Of a DNA stretch of 64,000 nt, positions 31,201 to 44,478 are shown piece by piece. The notes under the pieces were generated by a model. It made no database searches, was not told the origin of the DNA, and saw only the letters and a list, made by a program, of their open reading frames with translations. The stretch comes from Albugo candida (taxonomy: Eukaryota): positions 248,001 to 312,000 of the forward strand of contig JBDOQK010000020.1 in the NCBI GenBank assembly GCA_040437565.1, given 5' to 3'. The stretch's first letter is position 1. Each line of letters begins with the position of its first letter. The position numbers and the translations under genes were made by a program.

Positions 31201-34200
31201 GGCCTTCCATCACCTGCGAGCATTTGGGTCCTTGACTTACTGTCATGTTCCCGTCTCAAAAAGAAAGAAAATGAGCATGAACTGCAGAATAGGATTTTTG
31301 TTAGGCTAATGCGAAGACATTGTGGGTTGTAACGTGTACTTCGCCGCCGAACACAAGAGGGGATTCAATTCAGATGTAAATTAATGAATCAACCAAGTAC
31401 AAGGACCGTCATGAATCCACATATTCAAATGAAGCCAAGAGATGGTTACAGGCATTTCATGACTTTATCGAAGAGGGGAAGTGGACAATCTTACTGAGAA
31501 AAACCAAGACGTATTCCACCAACTAGCCGACTGCGACACCGCCGATAAGCAGAATGTGTGAAGCAAAGTTGATATGGATTCAACTGGAAATTGCGACGAT
31601 GTCGACATGGAATCAAAAAAAAGTTGCAAGGGGACAATATTAGGCGAAGATCAAGAGGTGGAGACACCACCGGATGATCTTGATAGTGAAGAGAAACTCC
31701 TGTGGGAAGACATACTGACCAACAGTGCCGTTCCTGTAAGCAGTGATTTCAACTAAGCGCTGGAAAGCAAAACCCATGAGTTTCTTCGCGAAGTTACGGC
31801 AAGTCTGCAGGCTGAACAGTATACCCAAGCTGATACAAACTCAGATTGGGAAGCAGAGGTCAGCGCATTTTTTGACAATGATATTGCTAGAAGTGGAACT
31901 GATAGCGATTTCGAGGATTGGGATGCCGAGTCAGCCGGTCACGTCACAGATCTGGCTACAGTGAGAGAAATCGTAGACAACTTGTAAGACGATGAGCAAA
32001 AGCACTACTATTTCATTGAACCAAAGAACTAACGTGAATTTGAATCGCATCACATTACCAAGCAACAACCAGCAATCCCCTACAATTGGACATTGACGTC
32101 CAAGGGGAGTCGAGATTCGACGGATGCGCGAAAGGAAACGCACCAAGACAAATGCAAACCTGCTGAAAGCTGCTAAATTGCAATGTAAGAATGAAGTACG
32201 AAATGGCCTTACGGAATCAGAGCATTACAAAGTATATTTAACATTATACAAAACATCACACATGAATCGTCGTGGTCAGTGCGGATTACACGAAAAAGAC
32301 ATCAAAATCCCAAAGAATTTTCACCAAGCCATTTCGATCGAAGCGCGCAAACTTGTGCCGCAATGCGATAGATACCGAAATGTCTGCTTTGAAAGCCAAA
32401 GAAGTGCTAAGGGGGATTCCGCGTTCGGATATCCCAAGTGGACAACAAACTATCAGAAAGATGTGGGTTTTCGATCTGAAGACAGATCAACTCGGCTATG
32501 TCGTGAGGTTCAAGGCAAGAGTTGTGGCGAGAGGGGACAAGTAGGGGCCCGGTATCGATTTCAGGGATACCTTCTTCCCTATGGCACGATTGGCCACATT
32601 CAGGATATTTATTGCGGTGTGCATCTCACAAGACCTAACAATCTATCAGGGCGACATCAATACAGCTCATCTCAATGCCCCTTTGACCATCAAGCAATAT
32701 CTGGAGGAGGTCGAAGGCTATCCTTGCAAAAACGAAGGAATGTTTTACATCATTGAAAAGTACTGTATGGATTACGTCAATCTGGAAGGGAGTGGAATAT
32801 CGAATTGAACCGCCGGTTTATTGACTATGGATTTATACAATGTGAGACAGAGCCGTGTCTGTACTTCTACGATCATGATGACAGATTTACTATTGTCCCT
32901 CTTTATGTGGATGACATATTATGCGTAACCAAAAATCCAACTTTCAAGATCAGAATGTTCGGACTATTAGACAGAAGTTATGGGTTGAAGGACCAAGGTC
33001 TCTTGAACACGTACTTGGATGTGCAGGTGGAACGGAATGAATATTCCACCAAGTTCCACCAGACAAAGTATTGCCAAGAAATCATTGAGCGCTATAATTT
33101 CGGTAATGCTCACCCGAGTAGAGTTCCGATGGAGATAAACACACGTTTGACTGTAGGTGACACAGATACGAAACAAAGGAAAAACATTCCCGCTAATGGA
33201 AAGACTTTCCCATACCGAGAGATCGTTGGGTCGTTGATGTACCTCGCGACTTGTACCAGACCTTATCTTGCATTCCCTGTTGGACAACTGAGCCCCTACG
33301 TGCAAAATCCAACGCAGCAGCACATCCGCGCCACAAAAAGAGTCCTGAAGTACCTGTTTGGCACGAAGACACAAGGGATTTTATATTCTCGAAACGAGGC
33401 AGAAGCCCAGCAATCAGTTTTCACTGTCGACGGCTACTGCGACTCTGATCGGGGAAATGACCCAGATACACGAAAAAGCGTCACCGGTTTCGTGCACTGT
33501 CTTGCTGGAGGTGCAATATCATGGGATTCCAGACGTCAAAGCATTGTGGCCCAGTCAACTGCAGAGGCAGAATTTATCGCGGCATGCGAAGCTTGTATGG
33601 AAGGACAGGAGCTCCAAAATATTTTATTGCAAGTATTCCCAAACATCAAACCTATTTCCGTATGGGAATTGACAATCAAGCGGCCTATGTTATGGCAACG
33701 AACCCTACATACAGTCGTAGAATAAGACATATTGAACTGCGCTGGTATTACGTTCGAGATCAAGTGGCGAAAGGAAATATGGAGTTATGGAAAGTTAAGA
33801 CTGATCTTAATCCATCTGATATCATGACAAAACCTCTCGCCAGCAAAAGACTCGAAAGATTGAGTTCAATGATCGGTATGACCAAACTACATCTTTCCAA
33901 AGCTACGGACTAATTTTGGAGGAAGGCGTGTTGAAAACCGGATCAACTGATTGCAGCGACGGTAAGTTGAAGACCTCCACTGGTGGAAGGTCACCATCTC
34001 CTGAATAGTCATAGGCAGTGAGAGGTCGCAGAGAGACATGAGATAGTTGCTAAGGGAGTTCCCAATGTACCTGTAAAACTAGAAGTCTTTGTGAACGACC
34101 TTTGGTGCGATATTTCAATACATTCAATGAGACTTCGCAGTTGTATTGCAATTCACAACCGCTTGTTTGTTTTACGGCACAAGCGGTTTGAGCTTTCACT

Positions 34201-34800
34201 GTCTTTAACGCGATCATCGAGTCAACGAGATATGAAGGTTTTGATGTGGATGGATAGACGACAAAGATGCACAAGAAGCCAACTTTACCGCAGAATGAAT
34301 ACACAGCAACTTCTACCACGTGTTAATCCAAGCATTTATCCCAAGAATCTTATCGCTGCGATACATTTTGAAGGGCACGTATGGACGAGTTATATGCTGA
34401 GTGCTGAGTATAAATACTTATCTCAAGGGTTGCCATGCACTGTGAAGGCGGTGCCGTGCGAGAGCAGCGGATGGAGACACTGCACACAGCCATGGGGCCT
34501 CGTGTATTGGCTAATGTGCATCGCGATCAATCAGATTGAAAGCTCGAGAACGTCAAGCTACCAATTCTTTCAAGTAATCAAGTGTCTCTCATACAAGGGA
34601 ATGGTGACAATAACATTTTTGATTTCCAAGTATCCTGTTAGAAAATCGGGGTGGAAACAATGCGTATAGACGACGTAGGGATTGCTTTCAAGTTTTTCGG
34701 TAGAGCGTTCCCAAGTGCAAAAAAGACGTCTCTTGGATAGGGAACGTTGTTGCAAGTTGAGACATTCCGTAACCTACGAGTTCATGACGGCCAATCGTCC
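28291..34800 (+). pseudogene. Copy A of a degraded duplicated gene fragment (USP9X/24/34-like N-terminal region suspected), split by the Copia insertion at 28962-34120
   Basis: 28291-28961 aligns by eye with ~39780-40375 and ~43001-43700; 34121-34780 aligns with ~40370-40570 and ~43770-44200. No intact ORF. The protein family call is tentative. Confidence 0.55.
28962..34120 (+). mobile_element. Decayed near-full-length Ty1/Copia retrotransposon with 5-bp TSD
   Basis: TSD CATTC at 28957-28961 and 34121-34125; 3' LTR 33929-34120 after purine tract GGAGGAAGGCG; 5' LTR reduced to ~28 bp; integrase (WHERLGH, MDGYSRY, TDKGQEF); RT (FKARVVARG, LYVDDIL); RNase H (YCDSD, QSTAEAEF, RHIELRWYYVRD). Confidence 0.93.
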
Positions 34801-35239
34801 TTCTTTTTTTGCCTGGTTGTGGCTGCTTTTTTTGAAAATCACAACATAGTCGATAAGGCCTTGTATCATAATTGCTTACAAGTACTTTGCAAAAAGACGA
34901 TTATAAGATTTGATTAGTAGCGATAGGTAAAAACAACCAATGTGCACAGCTGGCTTCAAAATTGAGTGTTTTATTATTGGTAATAAGTTGAACACACAAA
35001 ATCAGTGCAGAAATAGATACGACGGTTAGTACCATACAAGATTCTCAACGCCATTAATGCGTGTTTATCGAAATGTATGCATGGTCGGGAACTGACTCTC
35101 GCTCCCAACGAGCATGAGGAGCTTAAGCAGAAGTACAGTATATGTACAGTACAATCCTTAGTGTTTGTGGTGTAGACCACACTGGGCACTCAAGGCCATG
35201 TCATGTTGAGAATTCTCAGATTTTTCTCTAGTTGGCGAT

Positions 35240-35937
35240 TTAAAAGCTAAAAATGAATCTTTTAAATTGCCCCGCACCATATCGTGCATCGTGCGCTCTA
35301 ACATTTGAACGAATTCCAATATTAGTCCGTTGATTAAATCTTCTGCACCCATCCTCTTTCTCCTCGGATGTAAAATCACGACCTTCATATAAATGCGCAA
35401 GTTCCTGTGAATTAAGATCCGTTCGATGAATGATATCATGCAGCTGCGATAGAATCTCTACATGATGTGCAAATGCACAGATGAACAAAATAATCAGACA
35501 CATTGGGAGTTGAGCCACAAAAGTACACATTACCGCTATCAGATGATAGAGTATTGCCGTATAACTGGTTGACACGAATCTCAAGAGTATCTATTTCGTT
35601 TAAAATTTTTGCGCATTCTTCTTTTGTAACATCCAATGCATGATTGGCTGGTGAAGTATCCTTTTTAAGTTTTACGCACTCTACTGAAAAAAAACGAAGC
35701 GTGATTTCGACATCCAAGCAAAGCGGAATCTATCGTACCATTCGCATTTGCAGCTACTTTAAGTTCGTCAAGTGCGGCTATAATCTGCCTTTCTCTTGTT
35801 GCGATCGGCGGAACACTATTAGTCATGACTTGCTTATCACTTCGACGAGATGGGCCAACCGCTTCCGACCACTGCGGACTCAAATTGAGCAACAGGAATA
35901 CGGCAACGATAAAGCTTTTGATAAGAGTATGAGTCAT
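35240..35937 (-). CDS. Small secreted protein, candidate effector (predicted 3 exons, 188 aa)
   Basis: Signal-peptide-like N-terminus MTHTLIKSFIVAVFLLLNLSPQWSEA. Two phase-1 GT-AG introns (35738-35684 with a T-rich acceptor, and 35533-35458) join three ORF-track fragments in frame: 199+150+218 = 567 nt. Confidence 0.75.
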
Positions 35938-35959
35938 CTTCGACGATTGATCGCTTTTG

Positions 35960-36005
35960 ATGAGAGTTGTCGGTGAAATTTTGGAAAGTGAGTCTACCAA
36001 TTTTA
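35960..36005 (-). promoter_or_regulatory. Oomycete INR+FPR-like core promoter of the secreted-protein gene
   Basis: Minus strand reads ATTGGTAGACTCACTTTCCAAAATTTCACC ~40-60 nt before the ATG, matching the YCAYTYY..MWTTTNC pattern. Related text precedes the paralogs at ~21501-21530 (+) and ~45125-45155 (-). Confidence 0.6.
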
Positions 36006-36778
36006 TTATTTATGTCGTGGAGTTCGTGAAAATAAGAAGCGATTTGATATTTGGAAACGTCCTTATTTCGCTACCCTACCTCTAAGCCTTTCCCCTGCTC
36101 CCGCAAGCCAGTCATATGACGTTGTGGGAACACGTGTACTTACGCAAGGTATATTTGGAATATGTAATTCGGATGATGACGTGTATACCTATCCGTTAGG
36201 AACATGTTCTTAACATGTTTTAACATGTTCATTATGACAATGTTTCCCGCGGGATGAAGAGAGGGACGGTAGATTATATATCCAGTGAATCTATCTTCAA
36301 ACATTACAAATTCGATAAATTTGATTAATCCCGTAAGAAAAATGCAAAGTTTAAATTGAAAGGCAATTCCACATACTATCTAGGCGGATTATCAAGAGCG
36401 GATATATCGCGTGATACAATAATTAGCTCGTCATGTGTTTTATGGCTTCCATCCTAATCTAGGATGACACACTATCGACGTGAGTTTGCTTCTCGTCTCA
36501 TCTTCAGTCAACTCCAAATCCAAAAAGAGAACACCCTGGAGATGTGCTGGAGGGTTCATGCTAACGTGGGTTTTTGCACGCACATCATCCGTTACAACTT
36601 GGCGAGCGGATCTAGGGCTTTATTGTATTAATAAGCCTCGAGAAATACACGATACCTTGAATCGGATCAGCTTCTTGCAATCAGAAGGGACAGGGCCATC
36701 ACGGCTTCTTTTTCTCTGTAGGCGATTAGTGCAAGTAGCGAATTTTTGTTTCCTAGGATCAGATCAACTCTACGCAGC

Positions 36779-37230
36779 TAGGTTAGGGGACATCACCATA
36801 CTGAAGCCAAGTCATAAATATAAATGTAAAACTTGCTACACTATTTTCGAAGAAAGATTCCTCAAATCGAATGCAGCTTCAGTTTTTTTGATCACCTAGT
36901 GCAACAAACGACTTCGCTAAAGACTGTCTACATAAATAAACTACTCCTTCTTTTCTTCTTGCATACGTATCATATACATGCTCGTCAAATTCAGGTAGGT
37001 ACAGGGACGAAAAACTAATCGAACGACCTAGTGGCTGCTTCCTCCCATTTCTCTGCAGGGCCTAATCACCGTAAAAAGAAATAGAAGGTGGGATGTCTCT
37101 GTCCCTTCTGCTTGCAAAAAGCTGATGACTTGACTCTTGTATTGGGAGAGAAAACCACAAAAAAAAATATTATTTATTTTTTTATCAAAAAAAAAATTAT
37201 TAAAATAATTTAAATAAGTCCCCTAACCTA
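36779..37230. mobile_element. Possible MITE (~450 bp, non-coding)
   Basis: Perfect 13-bp inverted repeat TAGGTTAGGGGAC (36779-36791) / GTCCCCTAACCTA (37218-37230), readable as an 11-bp TIR with a TA TSD; AT-rich subterminal tract. Confidence 0.45.
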
Positions 37231-37929
37231 AGATGTAAGGATGACGTGTGCGCGAATCTGCCAGGTATGACACCTTTGATGAAGCCTATGTAATACGAGT
37301 AGATCGTAGCCTTGTGGGAATTATCTAGAAGCTGAGACATTCGGCAGTGTATGATGCAATGAAGTGGCAACCACAATCCCTCAGTGTGTCGCGTTGTTGA
37401 ATCTGTAATCATTCCAACGAGACGGGAGGGTCCTGCATTTTCCGTACGCCAAGTACGATACGATACTGATGCGTGCTTGGCAAATCAGTAAGAGCGGGAA
37501 ATATAATAGAAGGCGCAAACGAAGCGCAAATCTCACCGTTGAAATAAATAAACTATTAGTGCTAGAGCGAAACTATAGAAGCAGTATTGCGGTTTACCTC
37601 TGAGTTGATTTAGTAAGAAAAGTAATGAAGTGTCTTGAATAAATGCACTCACTCAAAAACGACTCATAGAATGCTGTAAGCAAATCGATTATACTGACGA
37701 ATCAAACATGCAAAAACAACGGCTAAAAGTCATCTATCTAACACAATTTTGGGCTTTCCTTACGTCTGCGTACTCAGAATCATGCCGTTACAAATAAAAT
37801 CTGTAGTTTTATCGGATCAAGAGAACGATCTCAATATAAGCTTATAATTGGGCAAACTCATGAAAAACTATTGGGTGAAAAATTAAGAAAATACGAATTC
37901 AATTGCATCGGTAAAACTTATAGTTCTCC

Positions 37930-40575
37930 ACCCCAATTGCAACGGCTGGATGGAAAAAGGAGATGCAAAAATCAGAAGGAAGTCTAGAGATGATGAACTC
38001 AATGCAGTTGCTCCAATGGTTTCCTTGAATCATTACAATACTGACTCCTCGTCTCGACAGAACAGAGACCTCAAAATCGATGGTTTGTGGCGTTTGCATC
38101 TCTATTAGAACACAGAGAACTCAAATCGATGTTTTTTGGTGTTTACACCTCAATTTGGGGAAGGAACTTTGCAATTGATCTCAGATGGAACACATTTATC
38201 ATCATGTATCTCCTGCTCGTACTGCACGCTCATTTACGCAGCGAGTTTGCATGCATCGAGAAAGCTAACTGCAATCGTTCCTTCTGTCCTCATGTACCAC
38301 CAAACACGGCGGAATGCGGTAGTGTGTGCGGTAGTTGATGCGGGGTATAACGGCTCAGAACGTGACACCGATTGTTACCAGCAGCAGCAGTCATACATTT
38401 TGGCTGACGTGCTGCCAACGGCACAGTGGGAAGCTGCACCAATAATAGGAGCCTCCCTCATTCTAGAAGTCGGATCATTCAACAAGGCTGAAAGAAAACT
38501 GAGATGAAACAGGCTGTACAGCTTATGCCGAAATGTTGGAAAAGCTCAAAGCACGCGTCAGGATCGTTAGATATGATGGTGGCACAGCCAGCAATTGAAA
38601 GAGGCAATCAAGATTGCTATGGAGCATTCAACGTACATTGTTTGACGAGATTTTCGGACTTCACCGATATTGTTGCGACTTCATCCAGCAAGAATCGGGT
38701 GCAGGAAGAAACGAGGATCACGAACCAGATTTTTAATATATGCATTACTGGAATCGACCATTCCATTCAACGAAGAAGGAAGGACGACTAAGGACAACGC
38801 ATGTATGCTTCACAGGAAGTAATCACGACGTCAAAGTCTTCCGAGACGCTCAAGTTTCTGACCGTCACGCATGAATTTGACGAAGTAGTTCATGGGAAGC
38901 ATGGTCTTGTGTCGCTTTTGTTCGACCAACTAGCGGCATTTGTGACACAACATCCGGAAGCCATGAAACGGCTCGATTGCTATCGGAAAGTCATTGGCCA
39001 TCATTTTGAGCTGATTCATTACCTTTCCGTCAATGCAATGAAATTCAAATTATGTATACCCGAAGTCGAGCGCTTCTGGCAAAATCATCCTCATCAGCTT
39101 CCGAGTAAGAATTATGTCTGATAATTTTCAATCAAGCTGGCCACGCAGCTTACTCATACCACAAGGAGCAGTGTCCGAAGCGTATCCCACGTATGTCGTA
39201 CAACGCACTGGAATGATCATTTCGACGCAATCGCGCCACTTCGTCTAAATGTGTGCACTCACATTTTTTTTTGAATTTATGAAAGAAATCGGAAATTGAC
39301 AACTTTGGGAACGATTGAGATACAGATAATTTCATATATTTTTACTGATTTAATTGCAAGTCCGTGTAGAGTTTTGGAAGGTGCTGTATAGAACGAACTG
39401 GAAACGCTTGACAACTTTTCGGTTTTGATGCATTTTGGTCGATCAGTCTCGAATCTTCAAACCTTGAGGCCAATTTGGCCATCCAGAGTACCTTGCATCA
39501 AAAATCATGGCTTATCATAACATCGAGCATATCTCATCTTCTCTAGCCGAACATGCTATCAGAGACTTCTTGGAACATGGCGTACATAAGCAAAGTATCT
39601 GACAAGGATTCGATTGAAGGAAGCGACATCAAAATTGTCGATCATTGCGCGAGGCTTTTGTCGGAAATCGTGAAGTACGACATGAATCTCTCCAATGCCA
39701 ACGCTGGTCATCGACAGACACCACACGGACTTACTGATCGAGGAGCTATATTGAACCCAAATTTCTCCAATGCGTGCTTAATACAAATATGCTGACGGCA
39801 TCCAGCAATACGCTCAAACAAGTGCAAAACAGGGACAAGCCAGCAATAAGGTCGATGCAAGCGCAGGTGAATGCCATTAGCCGTTAGGTCTGTTTCGCTC
39901 AATCGGAATGAGAGATTGGGCAATCGTTCACACAAACCAAAATCTACTCAGTAAAGCTGCAATTTTGGGAAACGAGAGTGGATTACTGATTTCAACATTA
40001 TAGGAGTGAGTACACTACGTATATGACTCTTTCATTTCGTTGTATGCCATCTTCCTCCGGCAGGGCGAAGCACAGTATCTGATGGCAGCGAAGAAATGCT
40101 GTATGTATGATGTCTCCAGATATATTGATCGAAGATGTGGCTTTCCAGTCCAGTAATCGCATTAAGAGGTGAAGTCCAATCCAACTCAAGTAGAGCTGTA
40201 AAAAATCGGTATCAAACACTGGCATAGTTAATGATGAAGCCTACGCGATGAAAACGGTTGTCGCTACATCTTGGGTTAGAAACAAAGAATCAACCACCTT
40301 TATCGTTCTGCATACATGGCACAAATTCACAAGCTTCAATGTTCCTCTCTGATAAATTCTTCCGGGCTCATTCAATGAAGAGTTTGCAGTTGTATTGCAA
40401 TTTTTTACGGATTATTTGATTGACGGCACAGGAGGTCTGAGCTTTAACTATCCTCAACGCGATCATCAAATCAGCAAGATACAACCAAAAGCTTTAAAAT
40501 GTATCGATGGACAACAACGATGCACAGAAGCTAGCTATACTACCGGATGAGTAGCAATTTCTTTTACCTGTGAGC
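37930..40575 (+). pseudogene. Copy B of the degraded USP-like gene fragment
   Basis: Broken ORFs (KHGLVSLLFDQL...HFELIHYL...LCIPEVERFWQ; IVDHCARLLSEIV...PHGLTDRG). Nucleotide similarity with 42260-43700 and 28370-28960. Confidence 0.5.
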
Positions 40576-40699
40576 CTAGCATTCACCCTTTGTATTTCAT
40601 CGACACAATGCAATTCGAGCGACACATGCAGGCGGCCTATTGGAGTACTCGACAGGATCGGTAGAAATGGGACGCCCCCAAGCAACACAACCCCGAAAA

Positions 40700-43600
40700 T
40701 CTCACGCATTCACATCGCTCTCCACCTCCAACAGCTGGATTGAATGAAGCAAAGTAAGAACGAGGAAGGAGTCTCAAGATGAAGAGTCCGATGCGGTCGT
40801 ATCAAATGGACTCGTCGAATCAAACAAGCAGAGAACATGCAATTGACGGATTTTCTTCCACTGGGTCAGAAATTGGTCTGATGCTGTATTTACTCGTCAC
40901 ACATGATTGAAGACAAATTCGACAGTTGGATGACAAAAATGCTGTGAATCACTCAACGCCGCATCAGCTTTATCCAGCATCAGGAGAGCCAATCGTTTCT
41001 TCTAGAATGCTTCAACAGCATGCTGACCAACAGTACATCGATTGAAATGCACTCGGAGTAGCACTAAATTCAACTGTTCTATGCATCTAGTCAGAGCAAA
41101 ATAGGCGGTATCGAGAAGCAGTGTGTGAACGATCCCTCTCCGTATCCATTCCAATCATTTTACATCAGCTCCTTGCTGGGTGAATTTATGCTCTCCAGAG
41201 TTTGGTACTGATATTCAACAAGAGAAGAACGCTACGAAGAGTTGCGGGCCACAAGAGTCGGATCATACTGGAGCAAGACTGCAGGCGCGTCTGAAGTTCG
41301 ATCTCAATGTATCAATGTGTTTTGTGAGCTGAAAGGATTCAATGCGTTAGCTGATGTTTCTCGAAACGTACAATGTGAAGAAGAAATTGAAGAACGTCGA
41401 ATCGGATGGTCACTTGAAGGCAGACGATAGAAGGAATCAACTGTAAATCACCCGATTTCACAAAATGCACTCCAATATTTGAAATGAGCGGTCATGATCA
41501 GAAGCGTATACTATTAGCTTTGATGGAATATTATCACGTAGTTCCTACGTCTGCGATAACGCAATTGTGCAATGGACGCCATCCGACGACAGGGCCGACT
41601 CATATTTCAGTCCCATTAGATGGCCTTTTATGGTGTTGGTCCAAGAATTCTGATACAATGATGCAAACAGAGATAAATGAGGCTATCCGAGGACTGATCG
41701 CGTTCGTTCGACCTGGAATAGATCCATCATCTTGTGTCCGTTGCTCATACTACAGCTTATTTCCCAGCGTTATCTTTTGGAATGCTGGTTCGGAGAATGT
41801 CAATGGAGTGTATACCTTGCAGATGACTGGAAGAGATAAAAAACATCAGCGAGTATGTGATGCGTCGGGACGACTCACTGAAGTTCTTCACGCTGTCGTC
41901 ATGCACCACCAGGCACGGGCAAAAGTGGTAGTCTACCTAGAAGCTGATGCGGAGCACACCGGCTCGGAAATTGTCATGGCTGAGAAAGTTGGGAATGGGC
42001 AGATTGTACAGCTGATGCTGCAATGTTGGAAAAGTTTGGAGAACGGGTTCACTGGAATATGGTGGTGGCACTACCAGTAAACAAAAGAGGCTTATAAGGT
42101 TGCTGTGGACCATACAAGTACATTGTTGCAAGCGAAGAAAGATCGGCAGAAGACAACTCCATGTCTGCTCAAGAGGAACCTATCACGACCTCCAAGTCAC
42201 TCGAGGTGCTCAAATACCTTACGAATCCGATAAAGTGTCTGCGGTGTCAAGTACTTTCCATAAGAAGTATGGGCTTATCTTACTACTTTTGATAAAGCAA
42301 AGCACAAACTGTAGAAGCCATTGGTCATCGTCTCGAGCTGGCATCCATATTGCGTCAGGCTCACTGAGCATCTCATCCTCATCAGTTCCAAGCGAATATT
42401 TCTGATCGTTTTCAATCAAGCAGGCTCACGCAGTTTACACATACCACAAGGGGCAGTGTTGGAAGCGTATCCCACGGATGGTGGCACAACTTACTGTAAC
42501 GATGAATTCGACGTGATCGCGCCACTACGTCTGAATGTCTGCACTCACATATCCTTATGCAAAGAAACGGACTTCACGACTTCAGAAATGATCGAATACG
42601 GACAATTTCACACAGTTCTTGCTGATTTAAATCCAAGTCCGTAGAGTCTGGAAGGCGCTGAAAATTGTTTCACGGCTATTTGGTTTTAATGCACTTTGGT
42701 CGATCACGCTGGAATCTTTTAACGCTGTAGCCTATTTGTCCATCCAAGAGCTCCTCTTCGTCTACAGACACTTGGAAAACACATCTTTATAAGCTGTAAA
42801 CACAATCAAACATCAAACAGCTCTGGATCACGTCTTCACACAATTGCAATCTGTTACGAAAGAAACGATCTGAGAAAGTGACGTCAAAATTGTCCATCAT
42901 TTTACGAGGCTTTCGTCGGGAATCGTGAAATAGGATACGGACGGTTACAATGTCAACGCTAGTCATGGGCAGACACCACACGGACTCACCGGTCGAGGAG
43001 CTATATACAATTCATCCCTCATTCAGAGAATGGTCACATTTGGTGGTGTATCAACTTCAATGAATCCTCTCTGTACGAAGCCTTGACAGCAGTGAAGAAT
43101 AGCTCAACCGCGACAAGTCAGCCATAAGGTCGATGCAAGTGTTGGTGTACGCTCATCAACCGTTAGGCTTGTTACGGCTGAAATCGGAATAAGAAATTAG
43201 GCATTCTTCCACAAACAAATCAACTTTCAGTGGAGCTGCAATATCGGGAGATTAAAAGGGAATCGCTGAATTCAACATTGCAGAAGCGAGTACACTACGT
43301 GTCTTATTTTTCAAATTGGCTGCAGATCGCCTTCCTCAGGTTCTGGTGGACGCAAGATTCCCGATGGCAACGCAGGAATGCTGAGTGATGTCTTCTGGCA
43401 ACCGGATTACAAGAAACAATCGCTATTTCGACATAGTGGTAGATATATTGGACCGAGTATTTGGCTTTCGAGTCCGTCAGTCGCTTCAGAATTCGTTGAG
43501 ATTTATTCCGACCAGCATTGAGCTACGAGAAGACGTATCGAACACTGTCAAAGCTGCTGATGAAGACGATGCGGTGGGAACGGTGTCGTCCGCATGTTGG

Positions 43601-44280
43601 AGATTTCTTTCGAAGACAAAGAATCAACCACCTTCTCGGTCTATTCTCATGGTACAAATTGTGGATGCTTTCTGTAATTTTGGAATCGAATTAGGTGCAT
43701 GTAGCTCAGGTGCATGTAGCTCAGGCGTACTGAAGAATTCTCTCAGAGCTCAGGGATGACGAACGTGCACATGCAGCCAGCTCTACTGCGGATATGTGGA
43801 AATCTATGCACCAGTATATCCAAGCATGGATCTCTCGAGTCTCAGACGCACGCAATTCGGACCGTACACGTTGACGATTAATTGGAGCAGTGCAGAGCAA
43901 AAAGCATGATTGCACACGTTGTGATGCTCTGTGAATGTTTTAACGTGCGATATTAGTGGTTGCAGACACTACGGCGTAGACGTGATGCATCGTGTAATGG
44001 CTTATGTGCAGCGGGATCAATCAGATCGATAGTCCAACTACATTAGGCTACCACTTCTTCCGATTAGTCAAGTTTCTCATCCAAGGGAATGGTGACAAAG
44101 ACATGCTCGGTTTCTGAGTACACTGTCGTAAAGTTAAGGTGGTGACAGAGCGTATACACGACAGAGGATTGCGACCACGTTTTTGGGCTGTGGATTCTCA
44201 AGAGGATAGATAGTACGGAGTGTCGTCAAAAAGTCGGTAGATGCGTGAAAATTGAAGAATAAGACATTGTGACTGCATAG
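40700..44280 (+). pseudogene. Copy C of the degraded USP-like gene fragment
   Basis: Broken ORFs (CINVFCELKGFNAL; NAGSENVNGVY). 42408-42480 is similar to 39125-39190, and 43960-44200 to 34475-34720. Confidence 0.5.
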
Positions 44281-44478
44281 AAACGAACTTTTTGAATACC
44301 GGNNNNNNNNNNNNNNNNNNNNNNNNNNNNNNNNNNNNNNNNNNNNNNNNNNNNNNNNNNNNNNNNNNNNNNNNNNNNNNNNNNNNNNNNNNNNNNNNNN
44401 NNTGTGAAATTATTAGTGTAAAGCTAATCGTTTGATAGATGTTTGAGCATAGACTGTTCGCAGACTCGTGATGATTCT

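Noticed and set aside
35665-35740. Apparent frameshift at a T run in the secreted gene
   Set aside because: The T run is the polypyrimidine tract of a 55-nt GT-AG intron that restores the frame.
43693-43725. 15-bp tandem duplication AGGTGCATGTAGCTC
   Set aside because: Two copies inside a pseudogene; ordinary slippage.
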